A DNA stretch of 54,779 nucleotides from positions 1 through 54,779 of IMG/VR virus record IMGVR_UViG_3300046751_000253; one strand, given 5' to 3'. A program made the position numbers and the translations under genes. Source of the DNA: a virus (Duplodnaviria > Caudoviricetes). Each line of letters begins with the position of its first letter. The stretch's first letter is position 1. Shown here in pieces: positions 1-9,803 of the stretch. Below the pieces are notes generated by a model. That model was not told the DNA's origin. It was given only the letters and a program-made list of their open reading frames with translations, and searched no databases.

Positions 1-27
1 AACTGGATAATATCTAATGAATACAAC
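1..27. repeat. 27-bp terminal direct repeat (copy at 54753-54779), contig circularisation overlap
   Basis: aactggataatatctaatgaatacaac is identical at both ends. Confidence 0.95.
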
Positions 28-88
28 CTATTGGTGTAAAGACATGGGGAGGGGGGTGTGGTATTTATGTCACACTATACACACTAAC

Positions 89-219
89 TGCCTAATAATT
101 GTGCAGAATCTTAGCAAATCTGGGAAAAACTAGTGTGACATTTTTGCAACACTACTTATGGTTGTGCAATCTATGGTAGAAAAAGGATGTTATGCCTATT
201 TTTTGTGCAATCCTAGCAA
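89..219. repeat. Direct repeat pair TGCCTA-N5-TGTGCA...TAGCAA (89-117, 193-219)
   Basis: tgcctaataattgtgcagaatcttagcaa vs tgcctattttttgtgcaatcctagcaa. Confidence 0.6.
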
Positions 220-349
220 GTATACATAGAACCCCCACACAAAAAACTGTCTTACTATTATATATATAATATACCCCTAACATAAATTTTCAAAAAACAA
301 AGGGTATTTCATAGGTAGGGCTGGGGGCTAATTAGTATATATAAAATAT

Positions 350-378
350 TTGACAAAAGAAGTATTATAATATATAAT
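350..378 (+). promoter_or_regulatory. Consensus sigma70 promoter heading the morphogenesis arm
   Basis: TTGACA(350-355)-17 bp-TATAAT(373-378). Confidence 0.8.
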
Positions 379-571
379 ATAGTAGAATTAGATTACAGTT
401 ATAATTATATATGAGTAATATTGGTAGGTGTGTCGGGTGTCTTCTGGGGGTATATATTTACCCCGGTGGGTCTAAATAGAAAATAACATATCTTTACAGA
501 TTTCGCAATAGGGCTAATTTATTTTTTTATATGACTGTGACATTTTTGCAACAGTTTGGAAGGAAATTAAA

Positions 572-784
572 ATGTTTAAAGCAATGATAATTGCATGTGT
601 ACTAAATAGTCCAGATGCTTGTATGCAGATATCTGATACCTATGGGCCATATAGCTCTCAGGGTAGATGTTTTACAAGACTAGAAGAAATGGAATATAAC
701 TTAGTAAAACTATGGAATGAACATAATATGAAGTTAGAGTTTAAACAGTCAAGTTGTATAGCAGTAGAAGGAGAGTCTACTTAA
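572..784 (+). CDS. Small Cys-containing hypothetical protein
   Basis: 70 aa, hydrophobic N-terminus, 4 Cys, AAGGA RBS, TAATG coupling to terL. Confidence 0.7.
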   Translation: MFKAMIIACVLNSPDACMQISDTYGPYSSQGRCFTRLEEMEYNLVKLWNEHNMKLEFKQSSCIAVEGEST

Positions 785-2343
785 TGCTAGACGAAGTAGA
801 AGGTAAGACACCAGAAGAAATAAATAATATTTCCTTGTCTCTTGATTTAAGAGAGAAGCTGACGCATTATGCAAACATGAAGGCAAAGGATGACTTCCTT
901 ACCTTTGTAAAGATATTTGCACCTACAATTGTCTCTGACTTTAAGATGGGTAGGCATATTGAACTACTATGTGAAAAGCTACAGGGTGTTATAGATGGTA
1001 GTACAAAAAGACTTATGATATTTCTACCCCCTCGTTCTTCTAAGTCTGTGGTGGCAAGTAAGCTGTTTCCTGCATGGTACATTGGTAACTTTGGTCACCA
1101 TGAGATTATGTCTGTCTCCCACAGTGACCAGCTTGCAAGTGACTTTGGTAGAACTGTACGAGACATTGTAAATACGGACAGGTTTCAAAAGATATTCCGT
1201 GGTATATCTCTAAGAAGTGATGTGAAGGCAGCAGGTAAGTGGAAGACAAATAAAAACGGTTCTTACTATGCAGCAGGTGTAAGAAGTCAGGTTGCAGGTC
1301 GGGGTGCTCACGTAGCCTTGCTCGATGACGTGATGTCAGAAGAAGACAGTTTTAGTGAAGCAGGTAGACGTTATATCAAGGAGTGGTATCCTGCAGGTCT
1401 ACGTACTCGTATTATGCCTAATGGTGCAATCATTATTATTAATACAAGATATCACTATGACGATTTGTGTGGTTGGCTTTTGAAGCAAGAGCAAAACGCA
1501 GAAGAAACGCCAAACCCTTGGGAAGTAATTAGTATACCTGCATGGCTGAATAAAGACGCAGCAGAGCTTCTTGGTCTACCAGAAGGTACGTCTTACTTTC
1601 CTGAGTGGAAGCCAGATGAATTGTTAAAGATTGACGAAATGGAAATAAGAAGTTCCAATGGTAGTAGATATTGGAACTCTTTGTATATGCAAGACCCCTC
1701 ACCTGATGACGGTGGTATTATTAAAAAGAAATGGTTAAAGTGGTGGGAATATGACGAACCACCACCATGTGACTTTATAATACAGACATATGATACAGCT
1801 TTTAGTACTGCAAGAACTGCTGACTATAGTGTAATACAAACATGGGGGATATTTAACTCCTTTGAAGAAGATGAGTATGGTACAGAACAAATAACTTCTA
1901 ATCTAATACTATTAGGTAATATAAGAGGTAGATTTGAATACCCAGAACTAAGACGTAAAGCACAAGAATTATTTGCAGAGTTTAGACCAGATGTATGTAT
2001 AATAGAAAAGAAAGCTTCTGGTCAATCTCTTATCCAAGACATGAGAAGAGCAGGACTACCTGTATTGGACTATTTACCTGACCGTGATAAGGTAGCTCGT
2101 GTCTTTGCAGCAACTGCTCTAATGGAAGCAGGACGTGTGTGGTTACCAGAAGGAAGAACATGGGCAGATGATTTGTTTGCAGAATGTATGTCTTTCCCTA
2201 ATGGAGCACATGATGACCAAGTAGACTGTCTAACAATGGCAGTTCATTACATGAGAGACAGTTGGAACTTGATACACCCAGAAGACCCTGATTGGGAAGA
2301 TGGTCCAAGAACAAAAAGAAGGGTTGCATATTGGAGAACATAA
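784..2343 (+). CDS. terL: Terminase large subunit
   Basis: Walker A-like LPPRSSKS, GRGAHVALLDD Walker B, nuclease motifs YDTAF, IIEKKASG, HDDQVD; likely start is ATG 784. Confidence 0.95.
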   Translation: MLDEVEGKTPEEINNISLSLDLREKLTHYANMKAKDDFLTFVKIFAPTIVSDFKMGRHIELLCEKLQGVIDGSTKRLMIFLPPRSSKSVVASKLFPAWYIGNFGHHEIMSVSHSDQLASDFGRTVRDIVNTDRFQKIFRGISLRSDVKAAGKWKTNKNGSYYAAGVRSQVAGRGAHVALLDDVMSEEDSFSEAGRRYIKEWYPAGLRTRIMPNGAIIIINTRYHYDDLCGWLLKQEQNAEETPNPWEVISIPAWLNKDAAELLGLPEGTSYFPEWKPDELLKIDEMEIRSSNGSRYWNSLYMQDPSPDDGGIIKKKWLKWWEYDEPPPCDFIIQTYDTAFSTARTADYSVIQTWGIFNSFEEDEYGTEQITSNLILLGNIRGRFEYPELRRKAQELFAEFRPDVCIIEKKASGQSLIQDMRRAGLPVLDYLPDRDKVARVFAATALMEAGRVWLPEGRTWADDLFAECMSFPNGAHDDQVDCLTMAVHYMRDSWNLIHPEDPDWEDGPRTKRRVAYWRT

Positions 2344-2352
2344 GTATATAAT
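2324..2352 (+). promoter_or_regulatory. sigma70-like promoter for portal operon
   Basis: TTGCAT-17-TATAAT. Confidence 0.6.
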
Positions 2353-2387
2353 AACAATTAACTGGAGCTAACTAAGAAGGAAAGATA

Positions 2388-4892
2388 ATGGCTATAGAAA
2401 AAAATCCAAATGACCCTATTTCTAAAGAAAATGTTATTCAACTAAATATAGAAAATCAAGAAGAATTAGACTTTCCGGGTGTAAACTTTGAAGTAGACCC
2501 TGAAACAGGAGACTTAGAAGTAGAATTTGAAACTGAGTTTGATTTGACCGATGTAGATAACATTGTAGAATTTAATATTGAAGACGAATTTTATACTAAC
2601 CTTGCAGAGCAAATCGAAGAAGACGAGCTTATTCGCATTGGTGAAGAAGTATACGAAAAATACGAAGCAGACAAAGAGTCACGGGCAGAATGGGAATCCA
2701 TGTTTGAACGAGGCTTTGACCTGCTTGGTTTGAAACTGGAAGAAACTACAGAACCTTTTGAAGGTGCGGCAACTGCTGTCCACCCACTACTCATTGAGTC
2801 TGCAGTTAAATTCCAGAGCCGTGCATCCCAAGAACTATTTCCTTCCAGTGGCCCAGTTAAAGCTCAGGTTCTTGGTGATGCTACGGTTGAAAAACAACGT
2901 CAAGCAAACCGTGTTCAGAACTTTATGAACTATCAGCTAACTGATATGATGCCTGAATACTTTGACGAGTTTGAACGTATGTTGTTCCATTTACCACTTA
3001 TTGGTAGCTCATTCAAAAAGATTTATTATGATGGTTCAGTAGAACGCCCTGTCAGTGAGTTTGTACCTATTGACCAGTTCTATGTGTCTTACTATGCAAC
3101 AGACCTAAGACGGGCAGACAGATATACTCATGTATTATATCGTAGCCCTCGTGAGATTGCCAATGCAATGTACTCAGGCATGTATGCAGAAATGGACTTA
3201 CCAGATGCATATATTCCACAGCAGTCAGAACTTACACAAAAGATGGACACAGTACTTGGCTTGTCTCCTTCTTCTGATACAGATATGCAGTATGTTCTTC
3301 TTGAACAGCATTGTTATCTTGATATTGAAGGACATGGTTATGAGTGTCCTTATATTGTAACCATTGAAGAGTCAACACGTAAAGTATTGTCTATACGTAG
3401 AAACTGGAATGAAGACGATAAGAACAAAGAAAAGAAAATGTTCTTTACACATTATCGTTTTGTTCCGGGATTTGGTTTCTATGGTCTAGGACTTATTCAC
3501 TTCCTTGGTAACCTTACAATGTCTGCCACTGCAGCTATGCGTAATCTTATTGATGCAGGACAGTTTGCTAACTTGCCCGGTGGCTTCAAAGCAAAAGGTG
3601 TACGTATTGTAGGTGACAATGACCCAATTGCTCCGGGTGAATTTAAAGAAGTAGAAGCAACAGGTATGGACTTAACACGTTCTATTGTACCTTTGCCTTA
3701 CAAAGAACCGTCAGGCACATTATTCCAGATGCTTCAGTTTGTCGCAGGAGCAGGTCAAAAGTTTGCAGACACTACAGAACAAGTTATTACAGAAGGTTCT
3801 AACTATGGTCCTGTAGGCACAACTATGGCCTTACTTGAAGCATCAAGTAAATTCTTTAGTGCAATCCATAAACGACTTCACAAATCACAACGTGACGAGT
3901 TTAAAATTCTTGCACGTATTAACTATGAAAGCTTACCACCAAAATATCCTTATGACGTACCCGGTGTAAGTGAGGAAATATTTAAGCGTGACTTTGATGG
4001 TCGTGTGGATGTCTTGCCTGTCTCTGACCCTAACATTCCTTCTTCGGCACACAGGCTGATGATGGCACAGATGGTTATGCAGCAAGCACAGCAATCTCCT
4101 CCCGGAATGTTTAACATGGAAGAACTTAACCGTACTTTACTTAATGCGGCAAACATTCCTAACTTGGATAAGATACTTCCAGAAAAACCACAGGCACAGG
4201 CACTTGACCCTGTAACAGATATTGAAGCAGCAACTAAAGGTCTGCCAATTAAAGCCTTTGCAGGTCAGAACCATGATGCACATATTCAGATTAAGAGTAT
4301 GTTCCTACAAGACCCTGCTAATGGTGCAAATCCAATTATGCAACGTGTAGCACCTATCTTACAAGCTAACATACAAGAACATGTAGTTATGAAGTATGAA
4401 GAGCAAGTAAATGGTCTGACACGTCAAATGATGGCAGAAGCTCCAGCAGGTGACCCTAATGCTCAGAACCCTCAAGTAATTGAGCAGGTAATGATGGCGG
4501 CTGCACAGCAGGTAACACAAGCAAACATGGCTGCTGCACAGAAAGGTCCATCACCTGAACAGGCAATGGTTCAGATGGAAGCACAACGTCTTCAGATTGA
4601 ACAGGAAAAGGTACAGGCACAGCTTGCTAAAGAAGCAACTGAGGGTGCTCTAAAGAACCGTGACCTTGACTTGAAAGAACAGAAGCTGGCACTTGATGCA
4701 TATAAGATTGGTGCAGAAGGTACACTAAAAGCAGACGAAAAAGAAAAAGACAGAAATGCCAAGGCAGCAATTAAGGCAGTAGAACTTCTTGCAGACATGG
4801 TTAAGCATGAAGATAATCTTGAAAGCTCAGAAGCTGCAAAAGCAATTGATGTCATTAGTAAAATGATTTCAGATACAAAGGGAGCTAAGTAA
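2388..4892 (+). CDS. Portal protein with long C-terminal coiled coil
   Basis: 834 aa after terL; PFEGA..VHPLL, PGFGFYGLGLIH, PVGTTMALLE motifs typical of this portal family; Q/A-rich helical tail. Confidence 0.9.
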   Translation: MAIEKNPNDPISKENVIQLNIENQEELDFPGVNFEVDPETGDLEVEFETEFDLTDVDNIVEFNIEDEFYTNLAEQIEEDELIRIGEEVYEKYEADKESRAEWESMFERGFDLLGLKLEETTEPFEGAATAVHPLLIESAVKFQSRASQELFPSSGPVKAQVLGDATVEKQRQANRVQNFMNYQLTDMMPEYFDEFERMLFHLPLIGSSFKKIYYDGSVERPVSEFVPIDQFYVSYYATDLRRADRYTHVLYRSPREIANAMYSGMYAEMDLPDAYIPQQSELTQKMDTVLGLSPSSDTDMQYVLLEQHCYLDIEGHGYECPYIVTIEESTRKVLSIRRNWNEDDKNKEKKMFFTHYRFVPGFGFYGLGLIHFLGNLTMSATAAMRNLIDAGQFANLPGGFKAKGVRIVGDNDPIAPGEFKEVEATGMDLTRSIVPLPYKEPSGTLFQMLQFVAGAGQKFADTTEQVITEGSNYGPVGTTMALLEASSKFFSAIHKRLHKSQRDEFKILARINYESLPPKYPYDVPGVSEEIFKRDFDGRVDVLPVSDPNIPSSAHRLMMAQMVMQQAQQSPPGMFNMEELNRTLLNAANIPNLDKILPEKPQAQALDPVTDIEAATKGLPIKAFAGQNHDAHIQIKSMFLQDPANGANPIMQRVAPILQANIQEHVVMKYEEQVNGLTRQMMAEAPAGDPNAQNPQVIEQVMMAAAQQVTQANMAAAQKGPSPEQAMVQMEAQRLQIEQEKVQAQLAKEATEGALKNRDLDLKEQKLALDAYKIGAEGTLKADEKEKDRNAKAAIKAVELLADMVKHEDNLESSEAAKAIDVISKMISDTKGAK

Positions 4893-5848
4893 TGTCAGGG
4901 TTAGCAGGAGTTGCCAAAACATTATTAAAAGAATTTGTAACACCAGTTAAAACTGTAGGTAGAAAAGGAGCAAAAACTTTTGTTCCTGAAGACAAGCCTA
5001 TTATGAGGATGGAAGAAAGTGTGGAAGAAACTCTTTCTCCTCGAATAAAACGTGCTATGGATACAGAAAAGTTTCCTGAAGCTGCCTCTATTATGCCAGC
5101 ACCCGGTAGATTTTTTGACCCAGCAAAGCGTGATTATAAAGAAGGCATGGCAAAAGGTTTAGAAAAAGCAGGTATTGAACTTGATTTAGATTTTGGTAAT
5201 TACATTATGATGGGTAAAGGTAAACCTACTGATGTATCAAATGAAACTTTTGAAAATCTTTTTATTAGTCCTCGTACTTCATTTAAAAAAAGTAGTGAAA
5301 GATTGCCTAGTACTCCAACACAAAATAAAACTATAGCTAGAGCTAATACACTTTCTGAAAATTTAACTATTGAAGATATGTTAAAAAATTATAAACAAAA
5401 TACTGGTTCTACAGGAAAAGAAATAAATACTAATCTTTTACAGCCGGGAAGATTTAAAGTTATAGTAAATAACGAAGAAAGATTATTAGACCATCCTATT
5501 GTTGCAGTACAGCCTAAAAGTGGTAAACATTACTATACACTAGATACGCAATTTGTTGGTCCTGTCAATATGAAAAAAATGACAACAAAAGTAAACAGAA
5601 CATTAAAGTCTGGTGAAATTAAAGAAGAAGTACCTCAACCTAATTTACGTCCTGCAACTGTAGGAGATATTAGACTAGGTAATAAAGTAGGAGAAATTAA
5701 AGTAGGAAGTAAGATGCATCCTTTATACGACTATATTGAAGTAGATGCTATACCTTCTTTTTCTAAAGGAATAGGACAAATAGAAAAGTTTAAGTCGGGT
5801 GGTAGAGTAGAACGTAATCCCTATAACTACGAACCAAAGGCTATTTAA
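4892..5848 (+). CDS. Hypothetical protein with C-terminal FKSGGRV motif
   Basis: 318 aa ORF with TAATG coupling at both ends. Confidence 0.75.
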   Translation: MSGLAGVAKTLLKEFVTPVKTVGRKGAKTFVPEDKPIMRMEESVEETLSPRIKRAMDTEKFPEAASIMPAPGRFFDPAKRDYKEGMAKGLEKAGIELDLDFGNYIMMGKGKPTDVSNETFENLFISPRTSFKKSSERLPSTPTQNKTIARANTLSENLTIEDMLKNYKQNTGSTGKEINTNLLQPGRFKVIVNNEERLLDHPIVAVQPKSGKHYYTLDTQFVGPVNMKKMTTKVNRTLKSGEIKEEVPQPNLRPATVGDIRLGNKVGEIKVGSKMHPLYDYIEVDAIPSFSKGIGQIEKFKSGGRVERNPYNYEPKAI

Positions 5849-6042
5849 TGCTTATAGAAGAAATAGATAAAGTATTACATAAAGAAATTGAATTAATAAA
5901 AAATTCGCTTGCATCTGGCGCAGCTTCAGACTATCATACATATATGAACTCTGTAGGTCGCATTTCAGGTTTGGAATGGGCAAGAGCAGAAGTTAAAAAT
6001 ATAGTTAACAAAGTAATGTATGAAGACGATGGAGATGATTAA
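5848..6042 (+). CDS. Conserved phage hypothetical protein
   Basis: 64 aa, LASG..DY..Y...VGRISGL pattern, directly precedes GroES. Confidence 0.75.
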   Translation: MLIEEIDKVLHKEIELIKNSLASGAASDYHTYMNSVGRISGLEWARAEVKNIVNKVMYEDDGDD

Positions 6043-6044
6043 TT

Positions 6045-6461
6045 ATGCAAGCAGTTGCTATGGAAAAAACAATTCTTAACGATGCGTGGAATACAAATGA
6101 AGAAGTTCCAGACCCAGACGTACTTCCAGTAATTCCGGGTTACCACTTACTAATTCGTCCTGTTTCTGTAAAGCAGGAAACTAAAGGTGGTATTATTCTT
6201 CCAGATTCTACTAGAGATGATATTGCATATCTTACAACTGTAGGTAAAGTACTTGCAGTAGGTAAGGATGCATATAAAGATAATGATAGGTATCCTAATG
6301 GTCCTTGGTGTAAAGAAGGTGATTATGTCTGTTATGGTAAACATTCAGGTCAAAAGTTTTTCTACAAGGGTGTAAGGCTTATTCTTTTATTAGATGACCA
6401 GATATCAATGATAGTGGATGACCCAAAAGAATTAGACCCTACTTATAATTTATCTAATTAA
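6045..6461 (+). CDS. groES: Co-chaperonin GroES-like (Cpn10)
   Basis: ETKGGIILPD mobile loop, GKVLAVG, PWCKEGDYV.YGK.SG. Confidence 0.9.
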   Translation: MQAVAMEKTILNDAWNTNEEVPDPDVLPVIPGYHLLIRPVSVKQETKGGIILPDSTRDDIAYLTTVGKVLAVGKDAYKDNDRYPNGPWCKEGDYVCYGKHSGQKFFYKGVRLILLLDDQISMIVDDPKELDPTYNLSN

Positions 6462-6560
6462 TTTAATACATAGGTATTGTATAACTTTATTACTTGTTGT
6501 AATATAGTATCAAATGCGTAACTCGTCACAGTGTCGCAACTGACGTAAAAGGAGAAATAT

Positions 6561-7559
6561 ATGTCTGAAGAATGGACAACGGTAAACACTTCCAATGCCG
6601 AGAATGAGGAAGAGAAAGTTGAGTTTGAAATTGAGAGTGAACTATCCGAAGGTACTTCCGAAGAGGAAGCCGTACAAACGAAGCAACAGCAAAATGCAAA
6701 CGCAGTCAATACTGGGGAATATGCTGAACAACAAAGCACTAGCTCAGAGGGTAAATCAGATGTATCTGAAGAGCCTCAATCAGGAGCACAAAAACGGATA
6801 AGACAATTAGTTCGTCAAAAGAAAGAACGTGAAGAACAAATTGAAACTCTGATGACTCGCCAACTAGAGTTAGAGGAAAGATTAAAAGCTCAACAGCAAG
6901 AGATTAAAACTTCACTACAGAAGAACTTTGAATCTGCTGAAGCACAGATTAATAGTCGTATTGAACTAGCTGAAGATGCTTATAAACAAGCTCTTGAGTC
7001 AGGTGATACAGATAGAATTGTAGCTGCACAAAAGAACTTGAATAAAGCTCAAGGTGATGCAACAACTCTTAATGTTACACGTAATCAATATAGACCACAG
7101 ATTGAAGAACAAGAAGAAGTTCGTCAGCCACAAAGACAACCAGCACAACAATCAGCAGAGTATGATAGGTTGGCAGTTGAGTGGGCAGGACGTAACCCTT
7201 GGTTTGGTCAAGACAATGTAATGACAACATTAGCTCTTGAGATTGACCAAGAATTAAAATCAGAAGGTTACGATTCTAATGACGAAGACTTCTATAAAGA
7301 GATTGACACTCGCCTTCGCAGCAAATATCCGCAGCGTTTTGGTGGAGAGGTTCAAGAGCAACGTGAGCAGGAAACGTCAACTCCTGCCCAAGTGGTCGGT
7401 GGAGCATCACGCACTTCATCAGCCTCGTCAGGTAAGAAGGTACGTCTAACAAAAGAAGATGTACGTCTTGCAGAAAAGTGGGGTATACCCTTGGAACAGT
7501 ATGCAGCCGAGAAGCTAAAAGTAGATACAGCAGACGGTGAATATACTTCAGTTTACTAA
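6561..7559 (+). CDS. Putative capsid scaffolding protein
   Basis: Acidic coiled coil, W..RNPWFG, C-terminal LT.E....A.KWGIPLEQYA; upstream of capsid genes. Confidence 0.7.
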   Translation: MSEEWTTVNTSNAENEEEKVEFEIESELSEGTSEEEAVQTKQQQNANAVNTGEYAEQQSTSSEGKSDVSEEPQSGAQKRIRQLVRQKKEREEQIETLMTRQLELEERLKAQQQEIKTSLQKNFESAEAQINSRIELAEDAYKQALESGDTDRIVAAQKNLNKAQGDATTLNVTRNQYRPQIEEQEEVRQPQRQPAQQSAEYDRLAVEWAGRNPWFGQDNVMTTLALEIDQELKSEGYDSNDEDFYKEIDTRLRSKYPQRFGGEVQEQREQETSTPAQVVGGASRTSSASSGKKVRLTKEDVRLAEKWGIPLEQYAAEKLKVDTADGEYTSVY

Positions 7560-7578
7560 CAGCGTGGAGGAAAACTAA

Positions 7579-8073
7579 ATGGCACGTAACACAAATACAC
7601 AACGTAATGTTGAGACTCGTGAACTCAATACAAGGGAACAAGACATGGAATACCGTGAGCCTAGCTTATTGGAAATTCCTGACTCAGTATCTGAACGGTT
7701 TTTAAATCAAGGCCTTACACTTCGTTGGATACGAGTAACAACCCGAAACCAAGAAGACTACAAAAACGTAGGCAAAAAGTTTCAAGAGGGTTGGCAGTTT
7801 GTAACTGTAGATGAAGTTCCTGAGTTACAACATAATTCCTTCGTAAGGGATGAAGGGCGATACAAGGGTGCAGTCTGTCGTGGAGACTTAGCATTGGCAA
7901 AAATGCCAATTCAGAAAGCACAAAATCGTCAGGCATATTTTGAGAATCAAAGCCGTGAGATGGTTGATGCAGTTAATCAACAGCTTATGGGGCAGAGTGA
8001 CACAAGAATGCCAATTAGAAATAGTAGTAAAACAAATGTTACTAGAGGACGTACACCTAACTTTCAAGATTAG
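7579..8073 (+). CDS. Conserved head-module hypothetical protein
   Basis: 164 aa, RWIR...EGWQFV...GDLALAKMP; GGAGG RBS. Confidence 0.75.
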   Translation: MARNTNTQRNVETRELNTREQDMEYREPSLLEIPDSVSERFLNQGLTLRWIRVTTRNQEDYKNVGKKFQEGWQFVTVDEVPELQHNSFVRDEGRYKGAVCRGDLALAKMPIQKAQNRQAYFENQSREMVDAVNQQLMGQSDTRMPIRNSSKTNVTRGRTPNFQD

Positions 8074-8116
8074 GTATAAAGAATTTAGTAGTGCTTTTTA
8101 AAAAGGGAGACTAAAA

Positions 8117-8728
8117 ATGACTTCAACATTAGCGTTGTCTGGCTTCCGTCCTTCCCGCAAACGTGGCAACAACCCAAACAATCAGGGTCAGAATGAATAC
8201 CCTATTGCTTCAGGTTATGCCGCTAACATTTTTACAGGCGATTTGGTCCGTATTAATGCAGGAAACTTGGAAGTCATCACCACTGTAACTGAGGTAGCTC
8301 AAGGCGTTTTCATGGGCTGTCGTTACGTTGCAGATGGCGAACAAAAATTTAGCAAGTACTGGCCTTCAGGTACATCAGCCACAGATGCATATGCATTGGT
8401 AGCTGACGATGCCCGTACAGTATTTGAGGTACAAGCAGATGCTTCTGTAACCGCAGGTGACCTGTACGGTGCTCAGAACTTTGCTGTAACACTTGGTACT
8501 GGTTCTACCTTTACAGGTATGTCTGGTCACGGCATTGCAGGTGCAACTCGTACCTCAACAATTGCAATGGCTCGTGCTCTTGACCCTGTAGATGAACCGG
8601 GTAACGATGTTGCAAATGCTGCAGAAAATGCATATCTAAAATTGAATGTGCGTTTGGTTCAGCATACTGACAACTTCCACGATGCAATCGTAACTGCGCC
8701 TACTTCTGGTGCAGACCCAGCATTCTAG
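8117..8728 (+). CDS. Putative capsid decoration/minor capsid protein
   Basis: 203 aa, GFRP, IFTGDLV, GVFMGCRY, FEVQAD; immediately upstream of MCP. Confidence 0.65.
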   Translation: MTSTLALSGFRPSRKRGNNPNNQGQNEYPIASGYAANIFTGDLVRINAGNLEVITTVTEVAQGVFMGCRYVADGEQKFSKYWPSGTSATDAYALVADDARTVFEVQADASVTAGDLYGAQNFAVTLGTGSTFTGMSGHGIAGATRTSTIAMARALDPVDEPGNDVANAAENAYLKLNVRLVQHTDNFHDAIVTAPTSGADPAF

Positions 8729-8745
8729 ATTAGGGAGAATTTAAA

Positions 8746-9684
8746 ATGGCGATAAATAGAGCAAGTATCTCTAAAGAACTTCTCCCCGGCCTAAACGCAG
8801 TGTTTGGAATGGAATATGGGGAAGTTGCAGACGAACATGCACCGTTGTTTGAGACAGAGAACTCAGACCGTGCATTTGAAGAAGAAGTGCTTTTCACAGG
8901 CTTCGGTACTGCACCTACTAAAGGTGAAGGTGCTGCTGTTGCTTATGACGATGCACAAGAAAGCTACACAGCACGTTACACCCACGAAACTGTTGCATTG
9001 GCATTTGCCGTAACAGAAGAAGCAATGGAAGATAATCTTTATGATACCTTCGCAAAGCTTCGTGCTCGTGGCTTGGCTCGTGCAATGGCTAATACAAAGC
9101 AGGTTAAAGCTGCTGATGTATTTAACAATGGTTTCAGCACATCATATGTGGGTGGCGATGGACAGCCTATGTTCTCAGCTTCACACCCAACTATGTCAGC
9201 AGGTAACCAATCAAATACATTTGGTGCAACTGACCTGTCAGAAGCTGCTCTTGAGTCTGGCCTTATCCAGATTTCAAAAGCAAAAGATGACCGTGGTATT
9301 CTGATTGGTTTGCAAGCTAAGTCTTTGCATGTACCTTCAGACTTGGCGTTTACTGCTGACCAGATTCTGAACAGCACAATGTCAACAACCATTGGTGTTA
9401 ACCCAACAACTGCAGCTAACGGTGCAACAAATGTTAATGACATTAACTCAATCCGTAATCAAGGTTTGATTCCGGGTGGTTTCTTTGTCAACAGACGTTT
9501 CACAGATACAGATGCTTGGTTCATTAAGACAGATTGTCCTAATGGTACAAAGATGTTTGTACGTGCTCCACTGCAGACAAAAATGGAACCCGATTTTGAT
9601 ACAGGTAACCTTCGCTTTAAAGCTCGTGAGCGTTATAGCTTTGGCTGGTCAGATTGGCGTGGCTTCTACGGTTCTTCAGGCTAG
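8746..9684 (+). CDS. Major capsid protein (HK97 fold, Mu gpT-like family)
   Basis: MAINRASISKELLPGLNAVFG...FEEEVLFTGFG...DFDTGNLRFKARERYSFGWSDWRG. Confidence 0.9.
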   Translation: MAINRASISKELLPGLNAVFGMEYGEVADEHAPLFETENSDRAFEEEVLFTGFGTAPTKGEGAAVAYDDAQESYTARYTHETVALAFAVTEEAMEDNLYDTFAKLRARGLARAMANTKQVKAADVFNNGFSTSYVGGDGQPMFSASHPTMSAGNQSNTFGATDLSEAALESGLIQISKAKDDRGILIGLQAKSLHVPSDLAFTADQILNSTMSTTIGVNPTTAANGATNVNDINSIRNQGLIPGGFFVNRRFTDTDAWFIKTDCPNGTKMFVRAPLQTKMEPDFDTGNLRFKARERYSFGWSDWRGFYGSSG

Positions 9685-9714
9685 TACTGAAAAACTAAAA
9701 AAGTTAAAAAAGAG

Positions 9715-9744
9715 AAGAGGGGTATTTCATATCCCTCTTTTTTT
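9715..9744 (+). terminator. Rho-independent terminator after MCP
   Basis: aagaggggtat-ttc-atatccctctt stem-loop followed by a T run. Confidence 0.75.
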
Positions 9745-9753
9745 GTGTATAAT
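9725..9753 (+). promoter_or_regulatory. sigma70-like promoter overlapping the terminator
   Basis: TTTCAT-17-TATAAT with TGTG just upstream of the -10. Confidence 0.5.
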
Positions 9754-9803
9754 ATATAGAATAGAATAACAACTAACTAATTAACAATAATCGGAGAAAT
9801 TCT

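Larger units (their letters stand above)
57..553. promoter_or_regulatory. Three 18-bp TGT-N12-ACA imperfect palindromes (57-74, 134-151, 536-553), putative operators
   Basis: tgtgacatttttgcaaca is exact at 134 and 536; tgtggtatttatgtcaca at 57. Confidence 0.55.

Noticed and set aside
1-27. 27-bp terminal repeat as the biological DTR
   Set aside because: Length is typical of an assembler k-mer overlap. It shows circularity, but the real termini need read data.
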